Part shown: piece by piece, positions 38,805 to 47,298 of the stretch
Layout: the number at the start of each line of letters is the position of its first letter
How positions within the stretch are numbered: the first letter of the stretch is position 1
Source of the DNA: a virus
Direction: 5' to 3' (one strand)
Virus record (IMG/VR): IMGVR_UViG_3300030116_004830
Span: 23,651-87,650 of that record
DNA: 64,000 nucleotides
Notes under the pieces: model-generated
The model's input: the letters and a program-made list of their open reading frames with translations, nothing else
What the model was told of the DNA's origin: nothing
The model's database searches: none
Translations under genes and position numbers: made by a program

Positions 38805-40177
38805 TATTCCTCACTCCCTTTGGATATGACGCTTCCTATATTTTCTAATTCATCCATAACACTCATTTTATTATTCTCCTTATACTTAGCGATATTTTCC
38901 ACATCTATGTCGTCCTTTGAAAAATCATAATTAACGTGGTCGGCATGATTAGCCCACTTCATTAACTTGAATAACTCCGACATTCTTTCTTTGGCCCAAG
39001 GTTCCTTCTTATGATTTTTCTTAATTCTAATCAATTCAGTTAGAATATCAGCGTTCTCCCCTTTCATTCTAAAGTAGGGGCGACATTTGCTTAATAATTT
39101 AGTAATATCATCTTGGGAATAAAAATTCAATCTTTGAACGGCCCTAGTTGCCTGTGGAGATTTTTGGTCGAGATGTAATTTTCCACAACCTAATTCCTTA
39201 TGGAGTTCAGTAACGAATGCTTTGCCTCTATTACCTGTAGCAATAATACCAATTCTAGGATTATAGTTTCTATCCATCGTGATATACCCGTCCGAATCAA
39301 TAAATGCCGCAGTATAAGCATGAAGGTCTTTGATAATAGCATCGGGTAATTTATACAATTCACCTTCGATATTAGTGATTCCCAACCTTTGCGCCCTTTT
39401 AGCAATAATTTGAGGAGATGCCCTTCGATGTAATTTATTGGGTAATTTCTCATAAACTAATCTAGAAGAAATACTTGGGTTTTCACATACCTGTTTTAGA
39501 ATATTATCATCTAACTGTTTAGAGATATTATTTTTGATAGTATGATTTGGAATATCAGTTACTAGTTTTCTAAATTCCTTTTTGGCATTAGTCATTGTTT
39601 TTGTTAATGAAGAATATTCAGAATTGTAATTATCTCCTCTATGTAATTCGGCTTCCCAATATTTACACAAAGCATCTATTACCTCTCTTCTTGTATCTAA
39701 ATCCTTAACTGAATGAAGTTTCTTTAAATCATTCTCAGTATATCGCATGTTTCTTAATGGGGTTTCATATGGAGATAACCAATAAATAGATTTGATACAA
39801 TTACTTAGATGATTACCATACTGAACGATTAGATTATCAATGCCTTTCGTGAAATTTATTTTTTCTTCACCCTTTAGGGTTCTCCTATGTTTTTTTAATT
39901 CTTTAACAATATCAGGTATCGTTTTATTTTCGATGACGTATTGTTTTGGAAAAGTATCTAATTTTGCTTTAGCCTCTGTGATATTGATGTTGTATTTTTT
40001 CGATACACTCATAGCGGCTTCATAATCGCTCATTACAGGTAAAGTGGAAATCCATTTTTGTGCTTCCATTTGTTCTTTGATAGATTGCTTACGGTCTTCT
40101 AATTCGGCTAACTCCTCATGTTGTCTTGCCTGTTCTCGGAGTTTATCTCCCTCTTCACTTTTAGAAATTAAGCCCAA
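38804..40177 (-). CDS. Free-standing LAGLIDADG-domain protein with a long helical N-terminus
   Basis: AYTAAFIDSDGYI motif followed by an endonuclease-type sequence. Start placed at TTG 40177 after GGAGGTG. Confidence 0.75.
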   Translation of the reverse strand: MGLISKSEEGDKLREQARQHEELAELEDRKQSIKEQMEAQKWISTLPVMSDYEAAMSVSKKYNINITEAKAKLDTFPKQYVIENKTIPDIVKELKKHRRTLKGEEKINFTKGIDNLIVQYGNHLSNCIKSIYWLSPYETPLRNMRYTENDLKKLHSVKDLDTRREVIDALCKYWEAELHRGDNYNSEYSSLTKTMTNAKKEFRKLVTDIPNHTIKNNISKQLDDNILKQVCENPSISSRLVYEKLPNKLHRRASPQIIAKRAQRLGITNIEGELYKLPDAIIKDLHAYTAAFIDSDGYITMDRNYNPRIGIIATGNRGKAFVTELHKELGCGKLHLDQKSPQATRAVQRLNFYSQDDITKLLSKCRPYFRMKGENADILTELIRIKKNHKKEPWAKERMSELFKLMKWANHADHVNYDFSKDDIDVENIAKYKENNKMSVMDELENIGSVISKGSEE

Positions 40178-41612
40178 ACATTCCACCTCCCATAAATTGC
40201 GCCTGTGGTTGCTCGTTATCAAAGATTTCCATATCGTCTAGTAATATAAATGATTCAAGCATATCGTGAGTTGCTGAATTTGCAAGAGCAAGTCCCATAA
40301 CTAAATCATCGTGAGCGCCCACGCCTTCAAACTTGCCTTTGTCCGTAATACTGAACATAGATAATTCTTCGATGATATTATCCGTCACCTTTCTAGATTC
40401 ATCATTTCCTCTAGGAAAAACAATCTTAGTATTTTCAATATTCATCTGTAGGTTTAGAATAATTTCTTCTTTCTTTCTACGAGTCATAGTAACATCTTTG
40501 ATGTTCAAATCTGTTTCGTTTCTCAATTCCTGAGTAAAGGATTTGGCGAAAGTATTTGTTTCAAAGTAAATAGCATCGGGGTCAAACAGTTTACCTATCA
40601 TTTTTATTTTATTGATGTTATCTCTAAACTCAACATTCTTTTGTCTATCAACATGGATAATTGTTTTATTTCTATTTTCATCTACTTCTAAAACAATAAT
40701 TACATTAAAATCCCCATCAGTAGAAATAGCAGGGTCTACACCAACATAATAGGTATAACCTGAATCTTTTCTATGGCGTAATCTAAGAATAGAATCCTTA
40801 CCTAACTTCTTACATTCCTCAATATGTTCTTGTCCGAATAGTGCAGTTCCAGTTGAAATTGGAATACAAAGATATTCTCTTGTAAATTTTAGTGAGCCTA
40901 CTTCTTTCTTTCTTTGCATAAGGGAATCATAATCCCAACGACTAGGCCAAAGAGGTTCATTGTTTTGATTTAAACATGGATAATTTCTAACGGTGTAAAC
41001 TTCTGAATATTCATCACTAGCCAATAAAGCAAAAATATCCGTGTAAGTAAATGGTGTTCCAATCATTCTTAATGTAGCAGTATGGTGAAGAGTAGGAATC
41101 ATATCGCCAAAGAACCAATCAGTAACTTTCTTGATAGCGGTTAAACTAAATTCCTTTAGTGGGTCATCAATAATAATTTCTTGAGGATGTAAACCACGAA
41201 TCTGTGAACCTACGGAACGCTCAAGAATTGAATTACCATTTGTAAGAGTAATATTTCCTACCGCCCATCCTCTTGACGGCCTAAAATGAGCAATAGTAGG
41301 ATTGTTGAATATCTTATCTATTTCTCTCATGTGAACCATTGTCTGTTTATGGTTAGATGAAATGTAAAGCATTTGATATGGAGGAGGCTGAAAACATAAT
41401 TGCCATACCGCCCACGAATGCATGAATACGGATTTACCGTGGTCCCTACTGCAAATGATAACTGTTCTATCAGTTCCTTGCATAAGGTCTAACCATTCTT
41501 GATGAAAAGAAGTAAACTCAAAACCTAAAACTTCAGTAAAGAAATATGGAAAGGAGGTCTTGGATAATTCCAAGTCCATCTGCTTACTAAAATCCAAGTC
41601 ATCCAACATCAC
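40161..41612 (-). CDS. terL: Terminase large subunit
   Basis: Walker A SRDHGKS, Walker B IIIDD, GTP coupling motif, nuclease GVDPA and HDDLVMGLALA. Confidence 0.95.
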   Translation of the reverse strand: MMLDDLDFSKQMDLELSKTSFPYFFTEVLGFEFTSFHQEWLDLMQGTDRTVIICSRDHGKSVFMHSWAVWQLCFQPPPYQMLYISSNHKQTMVHMREIDKIFNNPTIAHFRPSRGWAVGNITLTNGNSILERSVGSQIRGLHPQEIIIDDPLKEFSLTAIKKVTDWFFGDMIPTLHHTATLRMIGTPFTYTDIFALLASDEYSEVYTVRNYPCLNQNNEPLWPSRWDYDSLMQRKKEVGSLKFTREYLCIPISTGTALFGQEHIEECKKLGKDSILRLRHRKDSGYTYYVGVDPAISTDGDFNVIIVLEVDENRNKTIIHVDRQKNVEFRDNINKIKMIGKLFDPDAIYFETNTFAKSFTQELRNETDLNIKDVTMTRRKKEEIILNLQMNIENTKIVFPRGNDESRKVTDNIIEELSMFSITDKGKFEGVGAHDDLVMGLALANSATHDMLESFILLDDMEIFDNEQPQAQFMGGGMFGLNF

Positions 41613-42223
41613 AAATCACACTTATACACATACTTCGCCCAAACATAAGCAAAGGACTTTTTCATATCCCCACTATCTCGATAATAAATTGGATACTTTA
41701 CTGATTTTAATTTCTTCTTAACGTCTTCAGGAAGATTAGCAGTTTCCTCAACATAAGGAACAAACCCTAAACCTCTCCACATTGGTATGAGTCCTTTATT
41801 CGCAACACTAAGAATCATAGGTTTATCCGTATATTTACCAATGACCTGTTCATATATCTCAGACCAACCTCGATTTACCTTTATTCCATCTACTTCTCTT
41901 GATGGAACTTTATCTTTAGAAAACATTTCTTCGTTAGCGATTGACCTTGCTCCACCACCTGCATAAAAATCACCGTAATCAGTAACGGCTTGGACGGCTA
42001 CAGGTTTATCTCCTTCACCAGTTTTACTTGAACGAATATTTACATGAAAATCAGTATTACCTGCTCCAAACAATCTAAAGAAAGTAGTATTTCTATCTGC
42101 TCTTGTAGGAAATATATCACTAGGGCTTGGTTTTCTTCCAAGCAATTCTTCAAATGATTCAGCCCATGCATCAAAAAACATTTTTTGAACGGACTGTTCG
42201 TTTGTTATTACTTGGATAGCCAA
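41609..42223 (-). CDS. Hypothetical protein, possible GNAT fold
   Basis: LSVANKGLIPMWRGLGF resembles the GNAT C-terminal N..A..Y..LGF motif. Confidence 0.4.
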   Translation of the reverse strand: MAIQVITNEQSVQKMFFDAWAESFEELLGRKPSPSDIFPTRADRNTTFFRLFGAGNTDFHVNIRSSKTGEGDKPVAVQAVTDYGDFYAGGGARSIANEEMFSKDKVPSREVDGIKVNRGWSEIYEQVIGKYTDKPMILSVANKGLIPMWRGLGFVPYVEETANLPEDVKKKLKSVKYPIYYRDSGDMKKSFAYVWAKYVYKCDL

Positions 42224-42228
42224 TTACA

Positions 42229-42516
42229 TCACCATAGTTTCTTACAGGCTAAACATTTAGGTGTAGTAATTCTCCCTTTACATTGGTCGCAATTGTGTCT
42301 TGCTCTAAAGTTGGCTCTCCTTTTAGGATTCTTATGAGTCCCACCGCCACGATTTTTACCTTTGCGTTTGTAATTACCATATCCTTTAGCACCAGCATGA
42401 ATCTTTTTACCTTCATGTGTTAACATCATAATTTTCTTACCAGCCCTATCACTAGGATATACACGACCTACACGCATATCCTTCTTATCTTTCTTTAGAA
42501 CTTCTTCCCAACTCAT
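42229..42516 (-). CDS. Basic protein of the KIHxGAKGY...KRRxxFRARH family (DUF5754-like) with MSWEEVLK tag
   Basis: Motif recalled from marine phage and giant-virus proteins. Confidence 0.65.
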   Translation of the reverse strand: MSWEEVLKKDKKDMRVGRVYPSDRAGKKIMMLTHEGKKIHAGAKGYGNYKRKGKNRGGGTHKNPKRRANFRARHNCDQCKGRITTPKCLACKKLW

Positions 42517-42518
42517 AT

Positions 42519-42722
42519 CTATACCCCAGTATGAATGTCCTTTAGCATTTTAATTGCAGTTTGAATTTTTACTGTATCTTTTCTAGACATACTTATGCGT
42601 GTTGATTCTAAATACTCAATAACCTTTTTAATGTCTTCACCGATTTCTTCAACCTGTTCCATATAAGATTCCCCATAAAAATAAGGGTCCCTTTCAAATT
42701 TGATTATATCTTGCCAACTCAT
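42519..42722 (-). CDS. MSWQDIIK-tagged protein, paralog A
   Basis: Similar to 43039-43218. Confidence 0.7.
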   Translation of the reverse strand: MSWQDIIKFERDPYFYGESYMEQVEEIGEDIKKVIEYLESTRISMSRKDTVKIQTAIKMLKDIHTGV

Positions 42723-42727
42723 TCTAA

Positions 42728-43036
42728 TCACTTCCATTCTAATCGTATATCACCATCAGCAAATTTCACTAATTCGTGTGGTTGTAACATCCCTGCAATT
42801 GAGAGTCCATCATCATTAATCATCTTAATTTCGTTATCAGAAAGGTTGGCATCAATAATATCAGTAACCTCAATTTTGATTTTATCCATATTTTCTTTGC
42901 GTTGTTCAAATGAAAATTCCCATTTAACTATTGCTTTACCTGATTCTAATCTTGTTTGTAAATTGATATATTCAACCTCTGTCTCAAACGCAAAGGTTTG
43001 TAGTCCTGATTGTTTGATTAGATTTTCCCAACTCAT
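42728..43036 (-). CDS. MSWENLIK-tagged protein
   Basis: Shared N-terminal motif. Confidence 0.7.
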   Translation of the reverse strand: MSWENLIKQSGLQTFAFETEVEYINLQTRLESGKAIVKWEFSFEQRKENMDKIKIEVTDIIDANLSDNEIKMINDDGLSIAGMLQPHELVKFADGDIRLEWK

Positions 43037-43038
43037 AT

Positions 43039-43218
43039 CTATACCTTCGTATCTATTTTCTCTAACATATCAATTGCAGTAGGTGAACTATCAGGATGCC
43101 TTCTTAATAATTCAATGACTTTTTCAATATCTTCTGCAATTCGTTCAATTTGCCTAACATAAGATTTTCCATCAGAATAGGGGTTTCTTTCAAATTTAAC
43201 TATATCTTCCCATTTCAT
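43039..43218 (-). CDS. MKWEDIVK-tagged protein, paralog B
   Basis: Similar to 42519-42722. Confidence 0.7.
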   Translation of the reverse strand: MKWEDIVKFERNPYSDGKSYVRQIERIAEDIEKVIELLRRHPDSSPTAIDMLEKIDTKV

Positions 43219-43223
43219 TAAAA

Positions 43224-43574
43224 TCACCTCCTTGGTTTATGAGTATAAATATCTCCATCACTGTGCATGAAAATTACTTTCTTTCTTTTCATAGCATTAA
43301 GGATTCTTTCTAAATCTTTTTTCGGAGCGATAGCCTTTAGGTTCTTCATCCCCAATGCTCCACCTTCCTTTTTAATTTCAGCAAGGATTTCTTTCTCAAT
43401 ATCTGAATCGCTTTTTACCGCCTTCTTTTCATCCCTAAGCATCTTGAAATCTTTTCCGCTAATTTTTCCATCACCATCAGCATCAATTTCTTTTTGATTA
43501 CCCGTTAGTGTCTTTTCTTCATCATCTGTTTTTCCTGTCGTGCAATGTATCTTCAATACGTCTTCCCAACTCAT
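43224..43574 (-). CDS. MSWEDVLK-tagged protein with an EF-hand-like loop
   Basis: DADGDGKISGKDF. Confidence 0.7.
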   Translation of the reverse strand: MSWEDVLKIHCTTGKTDDEEKTLTGNQKEIDADGDGKISGKDFKMLRDEKKAVKSDSDIEKEILAEIKKEGGALGMKNLKAIAPKKDLERILNAMKRKKVIFMHSDGDIYTHKPRR

Positions 43575-43976
43575 TTATTGTTCACCTCTTTCTTGGTTTT
43601 CCTTTGACCTCTTATCGTCCGTTATTGGGCCACCCTTCGCCCAAGTATAACAAGTTCTCGCTGAATGGCATTTGAAATGATGCATCCAACAATAACCTAA
43701 ACGACCGTCATCATCTAATTCTAAGGGCATACAATCTTCCATTCTAGGAGAAATATCAAACGCTACACAATTACTACAGTTAGATTTCTTTGCTACCTCC
43801 GCAGTAGTATTCCATCTCTTAGCATACCTTTCCCAATAATCTTCATCATTTAGATTAAGAGGACCATATTGAATGTGTTCAGCCTTAACTGCACTATCTC
43901 TATTTTTAGTGTTTAACTTCAAATCTTGAGTTGCTCTGGGACAAGCCATTTCCTTTAGAATAATTTCCCAACCCAT
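43575..43976 (-). CDS. MGWEIILK-tagged Cys-rich protein
   Basis: CPRATQD, CSNC, GYCWMHHFKC, RTC motifs. Confidence 0.7.
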   Translation of the reverse strand: MGWEIILKEMACPRATQDLKLNTKNRDSAVKAEHIQYGPLNLNDEDYWERYAKRWNTTAEVAKKSNCSNCVAFDISPRMEDCMPLELDDDGRLGYCWMHHFKCHSARTCYTWAKGGPITDDKRSKENQERGEQ

Positions 43977-44075
43977 TTTATTCCTCCTTTCTTTGCCCAA
44001 TAGATTGTAACCTTTTAGTTACAGAATCTATATCGGTAATTTTTTTTCTAAACCTTTTATGTCTAGATACCCAAT

Positions 44076-44471
44076 TCATGCACCTTTCCTCCTTTTGTAA
44101 GTTTTACATGCGGCACAAGTAGGTCTACACCTCTGTTTAGTTCCCTTAGAAGCGTCCTTTCTACCACAAGGTTTTGTTCCTTTCTTATCATCTTCACATG
44201 ACTGGCAGGAAACCCAACCTTTCTGACCTCCACCGCCTCTTCTTGAGAACCATCCATGAAGACCTTCTTTCTTTTCTCTTGCGAAATTGTCTCCACCTTT
44301 CAGGGCTTCTTCCCATGATTTCTTAGTAGATTTTCCCCAATTGGCCGCACCTACCTTTCTACACTGAACCAATGCTCCACTAGCATAAGCCGATGGCCAC
44401 TTTTTATATCGGCTTCTTACCTTATGATAACAGGCATCTTTTTTTGCCTTCAGTGTTTCTTCCCATAACAT
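44076..44471 (-). CDS. Tagged basic Cys-rich protein (DUF5872-like, WPSAYASGALVxCRK)
   Basis: Two tagged halves: MLWEETLK and internal KSWEEALK. Confidence 0.7.
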   Translation of the reverse strand: MLWEETLKAKKDACYHKVRSRYKKWPSAYASGALVQCRKVGAANWGKSTKKSWEEALKGGDNFAREKKEGLHGWFSRRGGGGQKGWVSCQSCEDDKKGTKPCGRKDASKGTKQRCRPTCAACKTYKRRKGA

Positions 44472-44476
44472 CTTAA

Positions 44477-44758
44477 TCACGCTACATAGTAAAGATTAGG
44501 TTCTCCTTTCTTTTCAAACATTTTACACATGCCTTTTGTATCAATATCTATTTCTGATAACGTGCATTGGTAATTTGAATTATGTTTACAGGATGTAGCC
44601 TCACATCTTCTAACTTTACAGTCCTTTCCACCAAATCCTGTTTTTTCGGGAGGTTTTCTATATCCGCCTTGTTGTTCCATTAAAGCCCTTTTTGACCTTT
44701 CCTTGATTCCACCATGTAGGTATTTATCCTTGGGATGCAATTGTTCCTTCCAACTCAT
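44477..44758 (-). CDS. Tagged protein with a DUF1540-like Cys motif
   Basis: MSWKEQL; CEATSCKHN...C...I...C. Confidence 0.6.
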   Translation of the reverse strand: MSWKEQLHPKDKYLHGGIKERSKRALMEQQGGYRKPPEKTGFGGKDCKVRRCEATSCKHNSNYQCTLSEIDIDTKGMCKMFEKKGEPNLYYVA

Positions 44759-44763
44759 TTTAA

Positions 44764-47298
44764 TCACCTAAACAATGCCTTAATTGTATATACCGTATCT
44801 TCATTTATTCCATAATCTCTAGAAATAGATTCGTAAGATGCTACTGCCTTTACTATTCTATTAATCTCAGTAGCAGTAACATCCATTCTTTGTTCAGTAT
44901 GGATTTTATTGATAACTAAATCCATATGTTCAACTGAATCCAAAGATAAATTAGCATAAGAAATATCCTTATCTTGCATTTTTCTAATTGTATCGTGAGC
45001 ATTCAACAAAGATAGATTTACACTATCCATCTTATGAAAACTATCGAATACTTTGTCTAATTCATCAATCGCTTCAGCCAACTTAGGGTCAGTGTAGTTC
45101 ACCTTTTTCGATTCAAAGTCAATGTTATCTTTTAGTCCAAGCCATGCTTTAAACTCAGGAGTATTTAGTGCGTATCTTAGCATAGTAATGGGATATTTGT
45201 CTTTATTTGAATCCTTATATTCATCATGTAATTCTTTTAGATTTGACCAATAAGGTGTAGACAAGTCCCCTAAATTTTGAACATTTAATTTTCTAGCCAT
45301 ATCATAAATAATAAAACCAACCGACCTCTTATTCATTGTTTCATAGTTTTTACCGAATAACCTATTCAAGGCGGTCACTGCCTTCTTTCCTGTCCTGAAA
45401 ATTTCCTTGGTAAATGCTCTCGCTCCTGTCTGTCTAGCACTCTGAATAAACGCAGTAATATCCTTAATGTTCTTAGGAGAAACAAGATGTATAGAATCTG
45501 TAACCATTCTATCTAGCATAGCACCAATCGCATTTTCTTTTGCATTTTTAATTGAGAGAACCATTGCAGAATGACCAGTCGCCCATGTAGGTTTCTCTTT
45601 TGCTTGAACATAATTTCTGCCTTGAAGAGGAATAAGATAATACTCGTTAATCGCCTTTAGTAAATCATTCCACGGTTTATCTACTAGTGCAGGAACTTCT
45701 CTTTCTTTTCCTTTTTGACCAGCCCATACCGACATAGGAGCAGAACCCGTTTCTCCCTGAGTTCCTTCTCCCTTTTTTGGTTGGTAAACAGACAAACTAG
45801 TTTTGTATGCTTCAGCGATATTAGCGATATTATCTAAGAACCTAACTGTATCGTCAGTAATTTTATCGTAATTTGTTTCTCCTTTCTTTTGGTATTTCTC
45901 TACAAACTTAGAAAGAGGCAAGTGGAAAATCTTTTCATCTTGAATATCATCAATATTCGCTTCAAATTTATTAAACCAATCATCGAATTCGTTTAATGCC
46001 TGTTTATCCAAAATATATTCTTCACCTTGTCTCTTACCCATGAATCTATACTTTAGGCCAATGGTAGCAGGAATGACTCTAATCTCCCCGCCTTCTTCTA
46101 TAGGTTCTAATCTCTTTTCTCTAACCCCATTAATGAGCGCCTTAACCTGATTCAATTGTCTCTTAGGAATTCTTATCTTTGAGAAATCATCTTTGAATTT
46201 ATACCAAAAGATAGGGTCTACATTCATTAGATTCTTGCTCGTAACAACCTGTGGCTCTTTTGCCCTTCCCGACATATCAGGTAATGAAGCATCGTAAACA
46301 GTTTGAACTTCTCCTTGTTGTCTATCAGATTCTAACGCTTCACTTCCTGTTTGAGCCGCCCCTTCTGAAACCTCATCAGGTTGGTATCCTCTTTCATCTT
46401 GCATTCCCATATCTTCAGGGGCTTTTTTCTGAGGAACGGCTCCTCTTAAATCATTAAAAGCATCCATAATGTAAAGAGCATTATTGAAGGCATTGTCCAC
46501 TGGAAGTTCAAATGGTTTTAGTTTTAGAACGTAATTAGGAATACCTTTTTTGTAATCTGCAATGAAATTATTTGATGCGTCAATGAATGGTTTTAGGAAT
46601 TTACTTTCGGTTTCTTCCATTACAAAATCTAATGATACAAGCATATCATGAAACTCTTTTGCGGCATCTAAAAGCGTCTTATGTTTACCATGAATACCTT
46701 CCCAATAATCATAAATTCTTTCTCTAGAAGATAACTTACCTAACTTCAAATCTCCAATATCTTCCGCCCAAGCAACATCAATTCTAGTTTTTCTAGATGA
46801 CCTTTGTTTACCTTCAGCCTGTTGCAAATCTCGATGATATTGCATTAGTTTGTTTACATTATTAATTACAGTTTCATCATTAGTTTTCTTAGCGAATTCC
46901 TCTAACTCAGTTAGTGTTTGTCCTATGTCGCTAGGTGCAGAAGTTTTCTTGAACGCTAACGATTCAACATTAAAATTCCCTTCATTTAGGTTATCATAGT
47001 TTAGAGGTCTACTCTTGTATGTAAAAGATGCTCTCAATTGTTTATTGAATCTTTTTTCGTCAGCAATTTCTTCTTGAGTTTCTGATTCTCTCATTTCTTG
47101 ACCTGCTGGCATAGCGCTTATTCCTCTTAATGCTCTTAGAGCATTTTTTGTTTCTCTAGGAGATGCGGAAGGAAATTGTTCTTTAAGTGCATCTCTTATT
47201 TGAGAAGCCATTTCATTGAAATTATTATTTTCTGCGGCTTGCCTAGCCATCTGTTTAATCTCATCGCTAATCATGTTCATTGTTATTTTATCAGCCAT
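44764..47298 (-). CDS. Large helical protein (844 aa), probable internal virion protein
   Basis: Long charged ORF in the head module; function not recognised. Confidence 0.55.
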   Translation of the reverse strand: MADKITMNMISDEIKQMARQAAENNNFNEMASQIRDALKEQFPSASPRETKNALRALRGISAMPAGQEMRESETQEEIADEKRFNKQLRASFTYKSRPLNYDNLNEGNFNVESLAFKKTSAPSDIGQTLTELEEFAKKTNDETVINNVNKLMQYHRDLQQAEGKQRSSRKTRIDVAWAEDIGDLKLGKLSSRERIYDYWEGIHGKHKTLLDAAKEFHDMLVSLDFVMEETESKFLKPFIDASNNFIADYKKGIPNYVLKLKPFELPVDNAFNNALYIMDAFNDLRGAVPQKKAPEDMGMQDERGYQPDEVSEGAAQTGSEALESDRQQGEVQTVYDASLPDMSGRAKEPQVVTSKNLMNVDPIFWYKFKDDFSKIRIPKRQLNQVKALINGVREKRLEPIEEGGEIRVIPATIGLKYRFMGKRQGEEYILDKQALNEFDDWFNKFEANIDDIQDEKIFHLPLSKFVEKYQKKGETNYDKITDDTVRFLDNIANIAEAYKTSLSVYQPKKGEGTQGETGSAPMSVWAGQKGKEREVPALVDKPWNDLLKAINEYYLIPLQGRNYVQAKEKPTWATGHSAMVLSIKNAKENAIGAMLDRMVTDSIHLVSPKNIKDITAFIQSARQTGARAFTKEIFRTGKKAVTALNRLFGKNYETMNKRSVGFIIYDMARKLNVQNLGDLSTPYWSNLKELHDEYKDSNKDKYPITMLRYALNTPEFKAWLGLKDNIDFESKKVNYTDPKLAEAIDELDKVFDSFHKMDSVNLSLLNAHDTIRKMQDKDISYANLSLDSVEHMDLVINKIHTEQRMDVTATEINRIVKAVASYESISRDYGINEDTVYTIKALFR

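Noticed and set aside
38804-41612. Intein or intron in terminase or portal
   Set aside because: TerL and portal are continuous and of normal length; the LAGLIDADG ORF has no splice-junction residues.
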